From Synechococcus sp. (GTDB lineage Bacteria > Cyanobacteriota > Cyanobacteriia > Thermostichales > PCC-7336): 44,740 nt of DNA. Made by a program: the position numbers and the translations under genes. Every line of letters starts with the position of its first letter. Within the stretch, counting starts at the first letter, position 1. Location: contig JBFRWD010000170.1 of NCBI GenBank assembly GCA_051439425.1, positions 1 through 44,740 of the forward strand, given 5' to 3'. The notes beneath the pieces are model-generated. The model ran no database searches and was not told the DNA's origin. It worked only from the letters and a program-made list of their open reading frames with translations. Shown here piece by piece: positions 1 through 8,446 of the stretch.

Positions 1-468
1 GAGGCCTAATTTACTCGGTAAATACTGCGTGATTGGTGTCAAAGCCCATCCCAAAAAGATGACTAAGGGATAAACGCACATGACACCGATCGCCACCCTT
101 TTCCAATAGGGAGGCTGAGGTAATGGAGCATTGCTGGTAGGTCGATCGAACCAAAGTTCCAAGCCAACGCACTCTTGCATGTGGGATGGAGTAGCGAGAA
201 ATTCCGGTAGTTGTTCGATCCATATAGCGAGCTCGCTAGATTCGTTCCAGTTTTTTAAGTTCTCGCAGCGATCGAATTTCACCAGGGTGATGTATTCCGG
301 TAGCTCGCCATGCTTGGAGGTAATAACATCGACACTGATAAAACCGGGGCGACGTTTGACTGCACCATTCACGCCAGCCAGCCATACTTTGAATTCTGGC
401 AATTTGTCTGGCTTGACCAGAGCTGTATACATTGTTGTGACAGGTTCATTCCTTAATTTGGGATTCAT
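1..468 (-). CDS. Antibiotic biosynthesis monooxygenase (ABM)-like domain protein with C-terminal membrane segment; runs off the left edge
   Basis: Not in the ORF track. Hand translation from ATG at 468 gives MNPKLRNEPVTTMYTALVKPDKLPEFKVWLAGVNGAVKRRPGFISVDV...YITLVKFDRCENLKNWNES...GLELWFDRP...PPYWKRVAIGVMCVYPL, open to base 1. The GLExWF...PPxWK...VYPL pattern is typical of this family. AGAGGG SD-like sequence upstream. Confidence 0.8.
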   Translation of the reverse strand, partial: MNPKLRNEPVTTMYTALVKPDKLPEFKVWLAGVNGAVKRRPGFISVDVITSKHGELPEYITLVKFDRCENLKNWNESSELAIWIEQLPEFLATPSHMQECVGLELWFDRPTSNAPLPQPPYWKRVAIGVMCVYPLVIFLGWALTPITQYLPSKLGL

Positions 469-693
469 CGATATCCCTCTCTTAAGACTATTCAAGAGTT
501 TGCAATGAATAAGTAGGGGCAAGAGCGAGGGTGTGAACAATAACGCTAAGAGACTTTTAAGTTAGGTATACATTATTAACATAAAAGTGCTGATCAATCA
601 TCTATATATCTAGACGAAAAAGCAATCTATTAAAGTATTTCTTGGTGACTTTGGAAATCTTTAGAAATTGCCCTGGCACCCTCGGCAGAACAG

Positions 694-888
694 CTAGTCT
701 GGAAATTTATCAGAACTCAACTGCCCAGAAACACCCCAATCCTCTTTTTTGACTTCCTCGATGATGACGTAAATAGAATCAAGGCTTCCACCTGTGATTC
801 TTGCTGTCTCTCTCGTCAAGACCTCTACCAGCTCCCTTTTCTGCTCGATAGTTTTTCCGTCCCAAAATGAGACCCTAATTACAGGCAT
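694..888 (-). CDS. 4-oxalocrotonate tautomerase family protein (64 aa)
   Basis: Start at ATG 888 gives MPVIRVSFWDGKTIEQKRELVEVLT...IYVIIEEVKKEDWGVSG, with the catalytic N-terminal Pro and typical length. The track's 18-aa extension is unlikely. Confidence 0.9.
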   Translation of the reverse strand: MPVIRVSFWDGKTIEQKRELVEVLTRETARITGGSLDSIYVIIEEVKKEDWGVSGQLSSDKFPD

Positions 889-1110
889 TATCAAGCTCCA
901 TACAGGATTGCAACGCTCGATCTTTAATGAAGAATCTACCATAGTTTCACTTCTACCGAACCGGTAACGGTAGGTGGCACCGTCATGCAGGTGGATTATT
1001 AACTAGGACCAGCGACTTCATCAGAATAGAAAGTTACAGTTTTGCCCGAAAGGCCGATTATAAAATCTTTTCAGGTCCGCTTAGATCGAGAAATATGTGG
1101 CTGATTGGTA

Positions 1111-1275
1111 TTAAAACCTGTCTTTGGCCTCCTTCAGGATGAGATACGGCGTTGATCGACCTATCCCAAACTGCTTGGCGATGGCCGTTGCCCCTATCCC
1201 TTTTGCCTTTAAAGCATGGACCTTTTGGCGATCGTCCCGACGTTTGCATCCAAACTTGAGAATGACCCTGGGTTT
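1111..1275 (-). pseudogene. Remnant of Tn3-family serine resolvase (C-terminal HTH only)
   Basis: KFGCKRRDDRQKVHALKAKGIGATAIAKQFGIGRSTPYLILKE closely parallels the TnpR C-terminus (KFGRRR...[20 protein letters not shown]). No catalytic N-terminal domain is readable upstream. Confidence 0.75.
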
Positions 1276-1419
1276 AGCTTTCCGAGTAACGACGCACATT
1301 GTTTCAACGATCGGAACAGCTCAAAGCACTATTGCTTGCAGCTTGAGGTTTTTCAATGAAGGAATACTTTGCTCAACTTTATGGGGCTAATTCCGTGCTC
1401 ACATTTCTGACAGGCTCCT

Positions 1420-2658
1420 ATGAATGATTGCTATCCCCGATACGATCTGGTTGTCTTTGGTGCCACAGGTTTTGTAGGCAAACTCGTTTGCCAATATCTG
1501 CTCGATTGCATTGGAACAAATAATGGCGATGTCAGATGGGCTGCCGCTGGTCGCTCCCGTGCCAAATTAGACCAGCTAGTGAGCGATCTCGCTCCCGAGG
1601 CTGCTAACCTACCTCTTCTGACTGCAGATGTGACGGACGAATCTACGTTGCGGGCCCTGTGCACCCAAACCCGAGTAGTGGTTTCCACCGTTGGTCCGTA
1701 TGCCTTGTACGGTGAGCATCTGGTTAAAGTTTGCGTCGAGACCGGCACTGACTACTGCGACTTAACTGGGGAGGTTCAATGGATTCGTCGCATGGTGTCA
1801 AAGTACGAGGTACAGGCTCGGCAATCTGGAGCTCGTATTGTCCATTGTTGTGGTTTTGACTCTATTCCTTCCGATCTTGGAGTTTACTACCTTCAACAGG
1901 AGGCCCAAAAACGGTTTGGACAGACTTGCACCCGGGTCAAAATGCGAGTGAAGGCAGCCCGGGGGGGGATTTCTGGTGGAACCACCGCCAGCGCTATCAA
2001 TCTAGTGAAAGAAGCCGTAGCAAGTCCAGAATTACGGCAAGAACTCACAAATCCTTATTCCCTTTGTCCTACGAGTAATGGATGCCCCCATCAGCAACCG
2101 CCACTAATTCCCGTGCAGCAGGATAAGGATTTTCGGGAATGGATTGCGCCATTTGTGATGGCTCAAATCAATACGCCCGTTGTGCTGAGATCGAACGCGA
2201 TGCTTGAGAATGCTTACGGACTAGCCTTTCAGTATGACGAGGCGATTCTGACGGGACGCGGGCTCCTGGGCTGGATGGTGGCTCAAGGACTAAAAGTGGG
2301 GTTAGCGAGCTTCGCGCTTGCGACTTCAATTCAATCAACTCGTTGGCTCTTGGAACATTTTGTTGTGCCTGCATCCGGACAGGGTCCTAGTGAAGAAGCA
2401 CGAAATAATGGCTATTACGACTTACGATTCTGGGGCAAGACAGCAGATGGCCAAACCATAGAGGTGAAAGTGACAGGCGATCGCGATCCTGGATATGGCT
2501 CCACAGCTAAGATTTTGGGTCAGGCAGGTGTTTGCCTGGCAAATGACTTTCCAAAGTCCCACAAAAAGGGTGGTTTTTGGACCCCATCCGTTATGTTTGG
2601 AGGTGTCTTAATCGAGCGTCTAGTGAAATATTCTGGGCTAACTTTTGATGTTGTCTAG
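1420..2658 (+). CDS. Saccharopine dehydrogenase-like oxidoreductase (trans-acting enoyl reductase family)
   Basis: Rossmann motif VVFGATGFVG, AAAGRS, STVGPYALYGE, YCDLTGE, HCCGFDSIPSDLG, GDRDPGYGST; 412 aa. Confidence 0.9.
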   Translation: MNDCYPRYDLVVFGATGFVGKLVCQYLLDCIGTNNGDVRWAAAGRSRAKLDQLVSDLAPEAANLPLLTADVTDESTLRALCTQTRVVVSTVGPYALYGEHLVKVCVETGTDYCDLTGEVQWIRRMVSKYEVQARQSGARIVHCCGFDSIPSDLGVYYLQQEAQKRFGQTCTRVKMRVKAARGGISGGTTASAINLVKEAVASPELRQELTNPYSLCPTSNGCPHQQPPLIPVQQDKDFREWIAPFVMAQINTPVVLRSNAMLENAYGLAFQYDEAILTGRGLLGWMVAQGLKVGLASFALATSIQSTRWLLEHFVVPASGQGPSEEARNNGYYDLRFWGKTADGQTIEVKVTGDRDPGYGSTAKILGQAGVCLANDFPKSHKKGGFWTPSVMFGGVLIERLVKYSGLTFDVV

Positions 2659-2814
2659 CTTTTGCGTATTACCGCGCGCTTATTCCGCCTTTGAATCGGC
2701 TCAACCCACTTTGCTTTTGTTTAGAGATTGTTTGCCATGGAGAAGTCTTTGAACTTGAAGTATCAATAGGTGCTAATTCTGAAGATCTATGGACTCTTTC
2801 AATATCCTCAATGG

Positions 2815-3214
2815 TTACCCGCTGTTCGTTTCGGACTCCTCATGAGGAGTTCCCTTGCGAAAAAACTGCCTCAAAATTTCTCCAGGGCTGCGGTCCCAAG
2901 TATCAATATGCTCGTAGATGCTTCCGTCGAGTGCGAGCTTGTAACTAGAATAGCCGTTAAACAGGATGTTAGCGCCTTAGAGTGCCACGCACGGTCCAGC
3001 GAGCCACAATCTCATCTTCAGCCGTCTGCTCGACATCGTGTAAATCGAAGTAAAGGTTGGAGAAAAACAGTTTTCCTTGAAACCTTAATGTCCAAAAGAT
3101 AATTCTGTAATTGAGTTTTCCCTTAAAACTATTGACCGGGTCTTTGAAATTAATATCCTTTGAATAGATGTCATAGGCAATGTCTTTTTCAAACAGATGC
3201 GGCAGTTCAATCAC
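2815..3214 (-). pseudogene. DUF2358 (NTF2/SnoaL-like) protein, 5'-truncated and frameshifted
   Basis: Frame 1 ELPHLFEKDIAYDIY...FKDPVNSFKGKLNYRIIFWTLRF...WTVRGTLR stops at 2969. The family C-terminus continues in another frame (ANILFNGYSSYKLALDGSIYEHIDTWDRSPGEILRQFF...TAA at 2815-2817). The N-terminus is replaced by a hairpin element. Confidence 0.8.
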
Positions 3215-3320
3215 TATTGGGTCTGATTCCCCGTGGCTTGCCGCGTTTATCAGAAGCGGGAGTGCCTTCCGAAGGAAAAAATTCCGTAATGCCCCGTCCG
3301 CTTTCGGCGGGAATAGGAAT
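3209..3320. mobile_element. Putative non-autonomous hairpin-bounded element (MITE/REP-like, possibly IS200/IS605-related)
   Basis: GC-rich stem-loops CCCCGTGGCTTGCCGCG (3229-3245), CCTTCCGAAGG (3265-3275) and CCCGTCCGCTTTCGGCGGG (3293-3311). It abuts the truncation point of the DUF2358 gene. A related motif lies at ~31995-32034. Confidence 0.45.
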
Positions 3321-3410
3321 TTTAGCGCCCCGCAACTTTTACTTTTTTTGCCCTTTACTCAGATTTTAAACTAAGATCATCTTTTAAAGTTATCTGAGAA
3401 AATAAGAACT

Positions 3411-3671
3411 ATGGAAGCGCTTATTCTGATAGCTATATTCATAGCCCTTGTTGCCATCAGCACTTTGGTTATCAAAGAATCTGAACGTGCAGTTGTCTTT
3501 AGAAAAGGTAAGCCAAATCATGTCATTGGCCCAGGTGTATACTTCGTCGCACCATTTTTCGAGGTTGTAAAGCGTGTTGACATGGAAATATTTTCTAATG
3601 ATTGGCGCTCGTTATCTTCCGAAGAGTTGATGAGATTACTATTGAATCATTTTGATGGCACTTTGAAATAA
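3411..3671 (+). CDS. Small membrane protein resembling the N-terminus of SPFH/band-7 proteins (86 aa)
   Basis: N-terminal TM helix then VIKESERAVVFRKGK...IGPGVYFVAPFFEVVKRVDM, the classic SPFH start. The rest of the domain is absent. AT-rich. Confidence 0.65.
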   Translation: MEALILIAIFIALVAISTLVIKESERAVVFRKGKPNHVIGPGVYFVAPFFEVVKRVDMEIFSNDWRSLSSEELMRLLLNHFDGTLK

Positions 3672-3764
3672 CTCCTACCTTTCGGGAGATAGGGGACATG
3701 AATAACGGTGAATGGTTTAGAGCTCTCGGTCCCTGTAGTGACTGGACTGGCTGATAGATTTGAA

Positions 3765-4409
3765 TTATCTGCTCTTTCTATCAGGCAAGTTTCGGGCAGG
3801 AATAGGTCTACCAATAAGGAATCGCTGTTCGAGGCTATTAAACGCTAACCATGCGATGCCAACCAGAGAAGCGATCGCGCTTAAAGCAATAACTTCAAAA
3901 GTTGCCGCCTGTCCAAAGAGGGCGACAAGCACTGGAGAAACGATCAAAATTACTGCTATACCAACTACAGCGCCCAGCTTTATTCTTCGTATACCTTTCA
4001 ATGCTGAGCGACAGGCCGAACAGTGTTTGGTATGAGAATGGAAGCGATCTAGCAGTTCATCCTGAGTTTTCTCTGGTGGAAAAGGGGCGTTGGGAAATGG
4101 ATCGGCATTGTAGCCATTCACCCACTTATGCAATTCGAGGACCAAGGCATCGGCTTTTGTTGGTAGGAAGCAGGCCTTTGAGTACTTGGAGCTTCCACCT
4201 AACTTTTCGAGAGCTCGCTCCTGCAAATGCAGAAAGATCTGATCGTCTTCGAGGACGCGATTCTGCCCAAGATGAGAAAACCAGCGGGGAGTTAGCTTAA
4301 TGAAGATGCCTGGCAATTTAGAGGAGAACTTGAACGGGAACCGTGCAAAAATTCTGCACTCTCCTTTGTGAATAGGAGTGGAGTAAACTACGGTGAGAGT
4401 CCTACCCAT
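3765..4409 (-). pseudogene. C-terminal half of a pheophorbide a oxygenase/TIC55-like Rieske oxygenase (Rieske domain missing)
   Basis: GRTLTVVYSTPIHKGECRIFARFPF, HLGQNRVLEDDQIFLH, LLDRFHSHTKHCSAC plus two TM helices. No CxH/CxxH Rieske region; upstream sequence is AT-rich and non-coding. Confidence 0.8.
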
Positions 4410-4631
4410 CGCAGAAAGAGACTATCACGAGTAGTATTATAACGTTATGCGTTATAGTGCTGAACTCTGAAAGATAAATCGCAACCTTGGTAACTATTGA
4501 TATTCCTTGACAAAAGGAGTACCAAACGAAAAATCAACTCATCACTAACTTCCTTTTATTAAAAGCATCATAGAAATGATGAAAATGCGTGATTCGAATC
4601 TATCTATCAAGCAATTTGTCTGACCCTTTCG

Positions 4632-5699
4632 TCACAAAAGCGACAGCTGTTTCGGAACGCTTCTATCCGTCTCATTAGATAGATTGGACGCGGTCAGTCC
4701 TAGCAAACGAACGGGACGCGCATCAACTTCCGTCATCCTCAATAAATCACTGGCGAGCCCTAGCAATATGTCTCGCTCGCGAAATGAAGTTTCCAATGTC
4801 AAGCTGCGAGTCACCTGTTCGTAGTTGCTGTATTTCACTTTCAAGGTCAACGTCCTTCCTCTGCAGCCATGCTTTTCTAAGCGGGCTTGCAATGAATCGG
4901 CCAGTACACTTAGCGCTTCCGAGATCGTGGCAGGAGAGCTTAGCTCTCTGACGTAACTTCTTTCGACACCAATGGACTTGCGTAAGCGATGGGGTTCCAC
5001 CGGTCGCTGGTCGATTCCCCGAGCAATGGAGTAGAAGTGATGCCCCCGCTTGCCAAACTGTTCCCTCAGCGTATCGAGGGACTGTTGCTTGAGATCGGCT
5101 CCGTACTTCACTCCCATTGCCATCAGTTTTTTGGCCGTCGCGGGACCGATACCGAAAAACTTCTCGATCGCTAACTCATCCACAAACGCCTCAGCCTTTG
5201 CGGGAGGAATGACATACAGTCCGTTAGGCTTTTGCATTCCCGATGCAATCTTGGCCAAGAACTTGTTGCAAGAAACTCCTGCTGAAGCTGTAAGTTGCGT
5301 TTCACGTCGAATATCTCGACGGATCAAGCGAGCGATGCGTGTTGCTGGATCAACACCTAGCTTGTTATCGGTTACATCCAAATAGGCTTCATCTAACGAC
5401 AGGGGTTCAACTAAGTCGGTATACCGGAAAAAGATCTCTTGGATTTGCTGGGAAACAGACCGGTAAATGTCGAACCTTGGAGGGACAAAAATCAGTTGCG
5501 GGCAAAGTTGTAGGGCAGTTCGAGACGGCATGGCAGAGCGGACACCAAACTTGCGAGCCTCGTAGCTGGCTGTTGCCACGACTCCTCTCTGTGCGGGAGT
5601 TCCTCCCACGGCAATCGGTTGATTTCGGTAGTTAGGGAAATCTCGTTGCTCTACAGAAGCAAAAAACGCATCCATATCGATATGGACAATTTTGCGCAT
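4632..5699 (-). CDS. dinB: DNA polymerase IV (Y-family)
   Basis: MRKIVHIDMDAFFASVEQRD, ASYEARKFGVRSAM, SLDEAYLD, NKFLAKIAS...KPNG, RKSIGVE, VRLLG, and C-terminal clamp-binding-like QLSLL. Confidence 0.96.
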   Translation of the reverse strand: MRKIVHIDMDAFFASVEQRDFPNYRNQPIAVGGTPAQRGVVATASYEARKFGVRSAMPSRTALQLCPQLIFVPPRFDIYRSVSQQIQEIFFRYTDLVEPLSLDEAYLDVTDNKLGVDPATRIARLIRRDIRRETQLTASAGVSCNKFLAKIASGMQKPNGLYVIPPAKAEAFVDELAIEKFFGIGPATAKKLMAMGVKYGADLKQQSLDTLREQFGKRGHHFYSIARGIDQRPVEPHRLRKSIGVERSYVRELSSPATISEALSVLADSLQARLEKHGCRGRTLTLKVKYSNYEQVTRSLTLETSFRERDILLGLASDLLRMTEVDARPVRLLGLTASNLSNETDRSVPKQLSLL

Positions 5700-5797
5700 A
5701 CTCGAGCAGGTGCTAGATCGGTCTGTATCAGTGCGAATCTGGCAGCTTCAGACATCACCAGATTATCTCAGGAACTGTATGGAAGGATGCTGGCAGC

Positions 5798-6412
5798 TCA
5801 AGCCACTTGGAAACGGTAGCGTCGAAAGGTGATGTTAATCCTGTAATCCTTGACTCGCTTACGGACTGGAAGTGAGTGCTCCCAAAATTGCTGCAAAGGA
5901 CCTTTCATGACCAGCAGATCGCCATGATGTAAGGGGACAAGCACTTTGGCACGGCGATCGCTTTTCTTGCGAAACACGAAATCCCGACTGGCTCCAATGG
6001 ATAGCGAAGCGATGGGATCGTCAGGGTGGTAGTGAAATTCGTTGTCGGAATGCCAGCCCATAGAATCGTTGCCATCGCGATAGTAGTTGCAAAGAGCGCT
6101 ATTAAACCGAAATCCAGTAATAGTTTCCACTTGATGCTTGATTTGCAGCAGGTTGGGAGGAAACGCCAAGGGCACGTTAGCTTTACCGCTGTAGAAGTAA
6201 GTTCCGGGATGATTGCCGTAGTAAGCGGTTAGTCGTGGCTCTGGATACGTCTTGTCAAACAGATTAACCGTGCCCTGAGAGAAGTCCAGTTGACGGTAGT
6301 CGAAATTGGGTAGGTCAACGGTGCACAGTTCGGCGATCCCCGAATCATCCAGAACAGTTCTCCAACTCTTTTGAGAAGTTTCGAAATCGAGCTGAAGGTA
6401 TTGAATGTTCAT
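5798..6412 (-). CDS. AlkB-family 2OG-Fe(II) dioxygenase (ALKBH2/3-like DNA dealkylase)
   Basis: PRLTAYYG, FNSALCNYYRDGNDSMGWHSDNE (HxD), IASLSIGASRDF, WEHSLP (H), RINITFR. Confidence 0.92.
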   Translation of the reverse strand: MNIQYLQLDFETSQKSWRTVLDDSGIAELCTVDLPNFDYRQLDFSQGTVNLFDKTYPEPRLTAYYGNHPGTYFYSGKANVPLAFPPNLLQIKHQVETITGFRFNSALCNYYRDGNDSMGWHSDNEFHYHPDDPIASLSIGASRDFVFRKKSDRRAKVLVPLHHGDLLVMKGPLQQFWEHSLPVRKRVKDYRINITFRRYRFQVA

Positions 6413-6418
6413 TCGTCC

Positions 6419-6847
6419 TCACTCTTTCAACTGTAGATATAGGGTTTCAGTAGTCCATGTTGCGATACCGCACCCGAGAAAATCATTGTCTAGAGTCCAA
6501 ATATCTGACCCAGTGAGCAAAGCTAGTGCAACTGTTGGAATATCGAGAGGATCTCTGGGAATTCGTATTGCTGCCTCAGCAAGATAATTTTGCAGCTTTG
6601 CAAAAGGAACGATATCGAGGACTTCCGAACCGAGCGAGATAGCGGCCTCACACAACCGCTTTTGTTGCTCTTCTGTCATAAGGTTTCGAGCTGCTATCGC
6701 TGCTGTCCGTTTGCCAATCTCGTACTTCGTTTCTTCCCAGACTTTCTCGGTGGCATAGAGAATCAGGCTGTCATGCTGAAGCATCAATCGGCCGCGCTTA
6801 CGCAGTAACTCGCCAACTAAGACGCTAGCGTCAATCGCTATTTGCAT
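6419..6847 (-). CDS. PIN-domain (VapC-like) toxin/nuclease
   Basis: IAIDASVL, conserved acidic residues (EKVWEE, RDPLD, IWTLDNDF); 142 aa; overlaps the upstream small gene by 10 nt. Confidence 0.85.
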   Translation of the reverse strand: MQIAIDASVLVGELLRKRGRLMLQHDSLILYATEKVWEETKYEIGKRTAAIAARNLMTEEQQKRLCEAAISLGSEVLDIVPFAKLQNYLAEAAIRIPRDPLDIPTVALALLTGSDIWTLDNDFLGCGIATWTTETLYLQLKE

Positions 6848-7125
6848 TCAACCGAATCCATATCCAATTCCAAATAGGCTTCCATAAACGCGTCTTCGTC
6901 AATTCCTTTGTCAGCCAACTCGGCAAAAACAGCATCAATTTTGGCAGATGCAGCTTTCGCCTTTTCTAGGTTTCGTTGCTTCATAGGAATGTAATGTCCG
7001 ATGGTCTGTCCGTTGCGCTGAATCTCTAGAGTTTCATCTCCCCCCAAATAATGGGTGGCTCTATCGCGAAACTCCTTAATACCAATAGCTCTCACCGTAT
7101 CTGCCCACCAGATGACCACTATCAT
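6838..7125 (-). CDS. Probable Phd/YefM-like antitoxin (true start may be GTG at 7095)
   Basis: VRAIGIKEFRDRATHYLGGDETLEIQRNGQTIGHYIP matches the Phd N-terminal pattern. Acidic C-terminus; coupled to the PIN gene. Confidence 0.75.
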   Translation of the reverse strand: MIVVIWWADTVRAIGIKEFRDRATHYLGGDETLEIQRNGQTIGHYIPMKQRNLEKAKAASAKIDAVFAELADKGIDEDAFMEAYLELDMDSVECK

Positions 7126-7150
7126 GGTATCCCAAGTCCAATGGACTCAT

Positions 7151-7813
7151 TCAGCTGGTTATCACCCAAATCTGGTCGAAGCTGACGTAGAAAACGTCCA
7201 CATTTAACCTAATGCTCAACCGCTCGGATACGAGGACAGTCAGCAAAGCTGATAACAAATTCCCTATTCCAATTATTTGTGACAGCTCAATCAGTCTGAT
7301 TGCTTGGCGATGAGGGGCGAGTTCGTCCCAAATAGCCCTTTCGATCGCCCCAATCTCTTCCTTCTGAGCCAGAGCCACAATTTCCTCAACAGTCTCCAAA
7401 TCCTCTGTCTCAAGAGCAGCCAAAGCTTCGTCCTTCGAGACATACCGAACTCGACGATGACTGTCTTTGCTCGTACGTCTGGGAGGACTCGGCAACCGGA
7501 CGGGTTCGGTCTCGTAAGCAGCTAGCTCAAAAGTAGGCGCTCGTCCCACCAACCCTTCTAACCAATTGCCATCCACCAACGGTCCTCGGCAGCGATCCTC
7601 CCAATCCAGCAGCAATAGCTCTGCCCGTTCCGAAAAAGCCGCCACGATCTTGGTCAGCGCTTCTCCAGCAACGGTCATCTGCTCTGAGACCGAAACTCCA
7701 TCCAGAGTTATGTCCAGCTGTTGGAGAAGGTCGTTCACAGACATCTCCTCCGGAATTCGCACCGCTTCATCCAACCGTTCGAATAGCTCTAAGGTCAGCT
7801 GCCTGCCTTCCAT
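7151..7813 (-). CDS. Hypothetical protein of a family I recall from cyanobacterial plasmids
   Basis: 220 aa with GGAGG SD. Motifs QLTLELF, EQMTVAGEAL...ERAELLLLDWEDR, VSKDEALAAL, FY...QIWV. Family recognition is from memory only. Confidence 0.7.
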   Translation of the reverse strand: MEGRQLTLELFERLDEAVRIPEEMSVNDLLQQLDITLDGVSVSEQMTVAGEALTKIVAAFSERAELLLLDWEDRCRGPLVDGNWLEGLVGRAPTFELAAYETEPVRLPSPPRRTSKDSHRRVRYVSKDEALAALETEDLETVEEIVALAQKEEIGAIERAIWDELAPHRQAIRLIELSQIIGIGNLLSALLTVLVSERLSIRLNVDVFYVSFDQIWVITS

Positions 7814-7822
7814 TCCGCCCTC

Positions 7823-8130
7823 CTACATTCTTAGAGGACAAGGATTTATCGGACATTCCCGTTCATGGCGTTCGTATACTCCAGAAAATGCCGAGAGCTC
7901 TTCTCCACATGCATCCGAGAAGCTAGCCAGGATGCTCTTGACGTAGCGATCTAGCTGCCGGGAAGTCAGTCCATCGCAATGAATCGGCTCGGTGGCAAAC
8001 GTTAGTTGCCCGTCGATCCATAGCTGGACCTGCAACGAATGTGGGGATCGCCATTCCAACAATTGGAGCCATCTCCATCTGGACCGTGCAAGAGACGGGC
8101 TTCGGCAGTGCTTAGTGACCTAAAGGTCAT
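7823..8130 (-). pseudogene. Disrupted hypothetical gene (cyanobacterial plasmid-type, C-terminal CPxxPCPL)
   Basis: The ATG 8130 frame gives SLSTAEARLLHGPDGDG. The remainder (PHSLQVQLW...EPIHCDGLTSRQL...CPINPCPL) is in a different frame (track ORF 7823..8062), implying an internal deletion or frameshift near 8065. Confidence 0.55.
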
Positions 8131-8446
8131 CGTTCCTAGGGCAAATCGACTGACTTTGCGGCCAGTGGGTTTGAAGGGGTTGTAGTTCCTGGCCGGTACC
8201 AGGCTTGCAAGAAAGTCAATGGTAGCTAAGGTGTTACCACCTCCCTCGCGTCGCTATGCCGCGATCTCCTCGGCGCAGCCGTGTTGAAGGTTGCTCGATA
8301 TTGGAACGAAATTGCTTGGGTATCTGCGATGGCTGATGTTGCCAATCCAAGCTCATTTATACGGAGTCATACTCTTGCATCCTGGCCCTGAAGTAGATCC
8401 GGGATATGTATTCAGTGCGAGCTTAGTAAATCAGTGTTTCAAATTG

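Noticed and set aside
3665..3725. Possible integron attC site after the mini-SPFH gene
   Set aside because: Only weak matches to RYYYAAC/GTTRRRY, poor internal pairing, and no integrase in the window.
5700..5797. LexA/SOS box upstream of dinB
   Set aside because: No convincing match to the cyanobacterial RGTAC-N3-DGTWC consensus.
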